Shown here piece after piece: positions 21,255 to 23,521 of a DNA stretch of 23,521 nucleotides. The stretch's first letter is position 1; the number at the start of each line of letters is the position of its first letter. The notes beneath the pieces are model-generated. The model saw only the letters and a list, made by a program, of their open reading frames with translations, searched no databases and was not told the DNA's origin. The translations under genes were made by a program, and so were the position numbers. This DNA comes from Myxococcota bacterium. Lineage in GTDB: Bacteria > Myxococcota_A > Polyangia > Polyangiales > Sandaracinaceae. Location of the stretch: positions 1 through 23,521 of the forward strand of contig JAYZQJ010000035.1 in NCBI GenBank assembly GCA_036149055.1, read 5' to 3'.

Positions 21255-21357
21255 GCCGGCTGACCCGTCGCTGCGGAGGGTGCGGAGCACCCGCAGCGGG
21301 GACGGGTCTGACGGCGCAGCGGGGGGGAGGGGTCGAACCCGACCCCGCCCAAAGAAC

Positions 21358-22071
21358 TCAGTCCATCACCACTTCCTTGTGGAACAGGAAGCGCTGGCAG
21401 GCCTGGCACTGGTAGAAGTCGTCGCCCCGGATGATCTGGTTGTAGAGCTGCGGGGAGATGCTCATTCGGCAGCCCTGGCAGACGCCGTCCGCCGCCTCGA
21501 CCACCGCGGGGTGGATCTTCGGGCGGATGCGCTCGTAGCGGCGGTAGACCGGCTTGGGGACCTTCGGCACGTACTCGGCGCGCCCCTTGGTCTTCTCCTC
21601 CAGCTCGGCCTTCAGCCCCGCGAGCTTCTCCTCGCTACCAGCCTCCGCCTCGGCCAGACCCTTCTGCTGCTCCTCGAGCTCCTTGAGCGGCTCGTCGAGC
21701 ACGCTGCGGGTCTGCTCGATCACGCCTTGCAGCCGGCCCTTCTCTTCCTCCGCGTCGCGGATGGCGCGGCGGATGGCCTCGAGCTCTCGCTCCGCGGCCT
21801 GCGCCTCGCGCATGTTCCGCGCCTTCGCGCTCTTCGCCTTGCTCTTGGCGAGCAGGTCGTTGCGCGAGCGCAGCTCCTCTTCCTGCTGCGCGAGTAGACG
21901 CTCGGCCTCTTCGAGCTGCCCACGCTGTCCGTGGACGAGCGCGTCGAGCGCCTTCACGGCGGCGCGTCGCTCCTCGAGCTCCTCGGGGATGCCCTGGAGC
22001 TGCTCTTCCACGTCGCGCGCGGTCGCGTCGATCTCGGCGAGTCGAACCAGTGCCCTCAGCTTGTCGTGCAC
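21358..22071 (-). CDS. Coiled-coil + C4-type zinc ribbon protein (CT398/HP0958-like family)
   Basis: ORF 21358..22155; likely GTG start 22071 with AGGAGG 9 nt upstream. LVRLAEID, a long coiled coil, YERIR, CQGCRMSISPQ...CQACQRFL. Confidence 0.92.
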   Translation of the reverse strand: MHDKLRALVRLAEIDATARDVEEQLQGIPEELEERRAAVKALDALVHGQRGQLEEAERLLAQQEEELRSRNDLLAKSKAKSAKARNMREAQAAERELEAIRRAIRDAEEEKGRLQGVIEQTRSVLDEPLKELEEQQKGLAEAEAGSEEKLAGLKAELEEKTKGRAEYVPKVPKPVYRRYERIRPKIHPAVVEAADGVCQGCRMSISPQLYNQIIRGDDFYQCQACQRFLFHKEVVMD

Positions 22072-22182
22072 GCCCTCGGTCCTCCTGTCGGCCCCCGCTA
22101 CGTTCGTGGATGACGGGGACGGTGACGCGACCGAGTTGGATTCGATGTGGCTCACCGACCGATGCCCTCCACGGACTGCGCG

Positions 22183-22211
22183 TGACTAACGCGCATCGGG
22201 ACTCCATGCAA
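22183..22211 (-). promoter_or_regulatory. Candidate sigma70-type promoter for the zinc-ribbon gene
   Basis: Minus strand TTGCAT-N17-TAGTCA. The -10 is imperfect. Confidence 0.4.
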
Positions 22212-22369
22212 GCCCCGCCGGGTTGCTCGGTGGTGGGGGGTGGGTTCGACGGAGGGGTTCTCGGTGGCGATTTCTTCGTTCGTTCGTGGAGCTCGACGAG
22301 TGGGCTCGGCCGCTTGGATTGGGATGGGGTGCGGATCCGGAGCGCCTGTTTTCGCTCGGCGTGGAACCG

Positions 22370-22429
22370 GCGGCAGCGGGGGCGGCAGCGGCAGCGGTAG
22401 CGGGGGCGGCAGCGGTAGCGGGGGCGGCA
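22370..22429. repeat. Array of ten GCGGNN hexamers (GCGGCA/GCGGTA/GCGGGG)
   Basis: gcggca gcgggg gcggca gcggca gcggta gcgggg gcggca gcggta gcgggg gcggca. Confidence 0.9.
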
Positions 22430-22434
22430 GTTGT

Positions 22435-22456
22435 TCGGGGACGATCCTATTCGTTC
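22435..22456. repeat. Upstream copy of the 22-bp motif TCGGGGACGATCCYATTCGTTC
   Basis: tcggggacgatcctattcgttc, 21/22 identical to 23291-23312. Confidence 0.9.
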
Positions 22457-22665
22457 GCCAAACTCGGCGGAGGTGCGACGGCTGCGGGCTGCGAATACGT
22501 CTGCGGGACCGACCCGTCCGGCCTAGCTATTTCTCCTCGCCTCCCACCTCTCCTCTCCCTGGATACCGCCAACACAACGAGCGCGTCGGGCTCGGTGTCG
22601 GTGTCCTACTACGCATCCCGCGTTGCGATCTATAGGCCGGCCGCGGACTCGATTGAAGGGGGCGC

Positions 22666-22824
22666 CTCGTCGGTGAGCCCCACCGTGTACGCCGGTGCTC
22701 GGGCGTGTAAAGGGGGCCTGCGGCCCCGGCTGCGCGCTGCGCGCTCGCCGGCTTCGGCGCCTGCGGCGCCTCGCCCTCGCCCCGCCCTGCGCGCCGGCGG
22801 GGGGGGGTGGGCGTCACCGACGAG
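22666..22824. repeat. 159-bp inverted-repeat-bounded, hairpin-rich element upstream of the four-helix-bundle gene
   Basis: ctcgtcggtgagccccacc (22666-22684) pairs 17/19 with ggtgggcgtcaccgacgag (22806-22824). Internal stems ggggcc-tgc-ggcccc and ggcgcc-tgc-ggcgcc. Confidence 0.75.
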
Positions 22825-22871
22825 TCGCGCGACGATCGCGCGCCAGGCTGCGGTGACTCGGAGAACCGCTC

Positions 22872-23195
22872 ATGCAGCTCAGGATCTATCGCGACGCCGT
22901 CGCCATGGTCACCGAGGTCGGACCGCTCGTTCAGGCGATCCGCCGCGACGACACCGACCACGCGCGCCAGCTCCGCAAGGCCGCCAAGTCCGTGCCGCTC
23001 AACATCGCGGAGGGCACCTACTCGCGGGGGCGCAAGCGGCAGGTCAGCTACCACGTCGCTCTCGGGTCCGCGAACGAGGTGGTCGCTTGCCTCGAGGTGG
23101 CCGTCGCGGACGGCATCCTCGTCTCGGTCGACCCCGCCATCCTCGACCGGCTCGACAAGATCATCGCGACGCTCGTGAAGCTCACCGACAAGTGA
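22872..23195 (+). CDS. Four helix bundle protein (23S rRNA intervening-sequence protein family, structurally related to DGR Avd)
   Basis: 107 aa with the family signature LRIYRDA...RQLRKAAKSVPLNIAEG...YHVALGSANEVVACLEVA..G..LDKIIATLVKL. GGAG RBS 8 nt upstream of the ATG; host-like codon usage. Confidence 0.92.
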   Translation: MQLRIYRDAVAMVTEVGPLVQAIRRDDTDHARQLRKAAKSVPLNIAEGTYSRGRKRQVSYHVALGSANEVVACLEVAVADGILVSVDPAILDRLDKIIATLVKLTDK

Positions 23196-23204
23196 GCCTG
23201 ACCT

Positions 23205-23246
23205 GACCCCGGGGCGCGGCCCTCTCGTGGGCTGCGCCTCGGGGTC
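23205..23246 (+). other. 18-bp stem-loop just after the four-helix-bundle stop, without a U-tract
   Basis: GACCCCGGGGCGCGGCCC-tctcgt-GGGCTGCGCCTCGGGGTC: 16 Watson-Crick + 2 G-U pairs on the + strand. Confidence 0.8.
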
Positions 23247-23289
23247 CCAACCCACCTCACTGCTTCGGGGCGCGAGACCGCTCCGGATG

Positions 23290-23374
23290 GTCGGGGACGA
23301 TCCCATTCGTTCATCGAGCTCGGGAGCGGGCGGCCTTCGGATGTGAGTCGGGGACGATCCCATCGGTCATCGAG
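23290..23374. repeat. Two downstream copies of the GTCGGGGACGATCCCAT..TCATCGAG motif (23290-23318, 23347-23374)
   Basis: gtcggggacgatcccattcgttcatcgag vs gtcggggacgatcccatcggtcatcgag; both have cggatg just upstream. Confidence 0.9.
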
Positions 23375-23387
23375 ACCGGCCGCGGGC

Positions 23388-23521
23388 GCGGCAGCGGAGG
23401 CGGCAGCGGAGGAGGCGGCAGCGGAGGCGGCAGCGGAGGCGGCAGCGGAGGCGGCAGCGGAGGCGGCAGCGGAGGCGGCAGCGGAGGCGGCAGCGGAGGC
23501 GGCAGCGGAGGCGGCAGCGGA
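23388..23521. repeat. 12-bp tandem repeat (GCGGCAGCGGAG)n, about 11 units, running off the window
   Basis: Perfect units except one extra GAG at 23412-23414; the last unit is cut by the window edge. Confidence 0.97.

Noticed and set aside
21318..21345. tRNA 3' fragment/att site (GGTTCGA on the minus strand)
   Set aside because: The T-stem does not pair, there is no CCA or cloverleaf, and a local ggggtcg/cgacccc hairpin explains it better.
20730..21357. RNase P RNA (rnpB), which I recall lying near this zinc-ribbon gene in related lineages
   Set aside because: The GAGGAAAGUCC signature was not found on either strand.
22225..22260. tRNA-like tggtggg..ggttcga
   Set aside because: No cloverleaf can be built on either strand.
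22530..22560. Pyrimidine tract resembling the reverse complement of the purine tract at ~8120-8151
   Set aside because: Low-complexity similarity only; homology cannot be supported.
22872..23195. Diversity-generating retroelement or 23S rRNA intervening sequence
   Set aside because: No reverse transcriptase, no TR/VR pair with adenine-specific mismatches, and no rRNA sequence in the window.
22223..23363. ORFs 22223..23206, 22240..22635 and 22527..23363 as genes
   Set aside because: They run through non-coding repeats and overlap the clearly recognisable four-helix-bundle gene in other frames.
23290..23374. Mini-CRISPR (29-bp repeats, 28-bp spacer)
   Set aside because: Two non-identical copies; a third lies 856 bp away across a gene; no cas genes.

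Overview
GC-rich (roughly 70-75% by eye) bacterial window. Gene content and style (MopE-repeat Cys-rich exported protein, receiver-DUF4388-TPR protein, cdaA/cdaR next to ftsH-folP) suggest Myxococcota, probably Polyangiales; this is an inference. Most of it is core genome: tilS-ftsH-folP-cdaA-cdaR (-), a MopE-repeat protein and orn (+), a hypothetical membrane protein, recJ and yajC-secD-secF (-), glnE, an atypical response regulator and ilvE (+), and a CT398/HP0958-like zinc-ribbon protein (-). The unusual content is non-coding. There is a tandem double-hairpin repeat at the left edge, a 223-bp MITE-like element after orn, and a ~570-bp hairpin/repeat mosaic after ilvE. The most notable region is the right end (~22260-23521), where a solo four-helix-bundle gene (23S rRNA IVP/Avd-like family) is bracketed on both sides by the same 22-bp motif and by GCGGNN hexamer arrays. 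It also has an inverted-repeat element in its 5' region and an 18-bp G-U-containing hairpin just after its stop. No transposase, integrase, RT, rRNA or tRNA is visible in the window.
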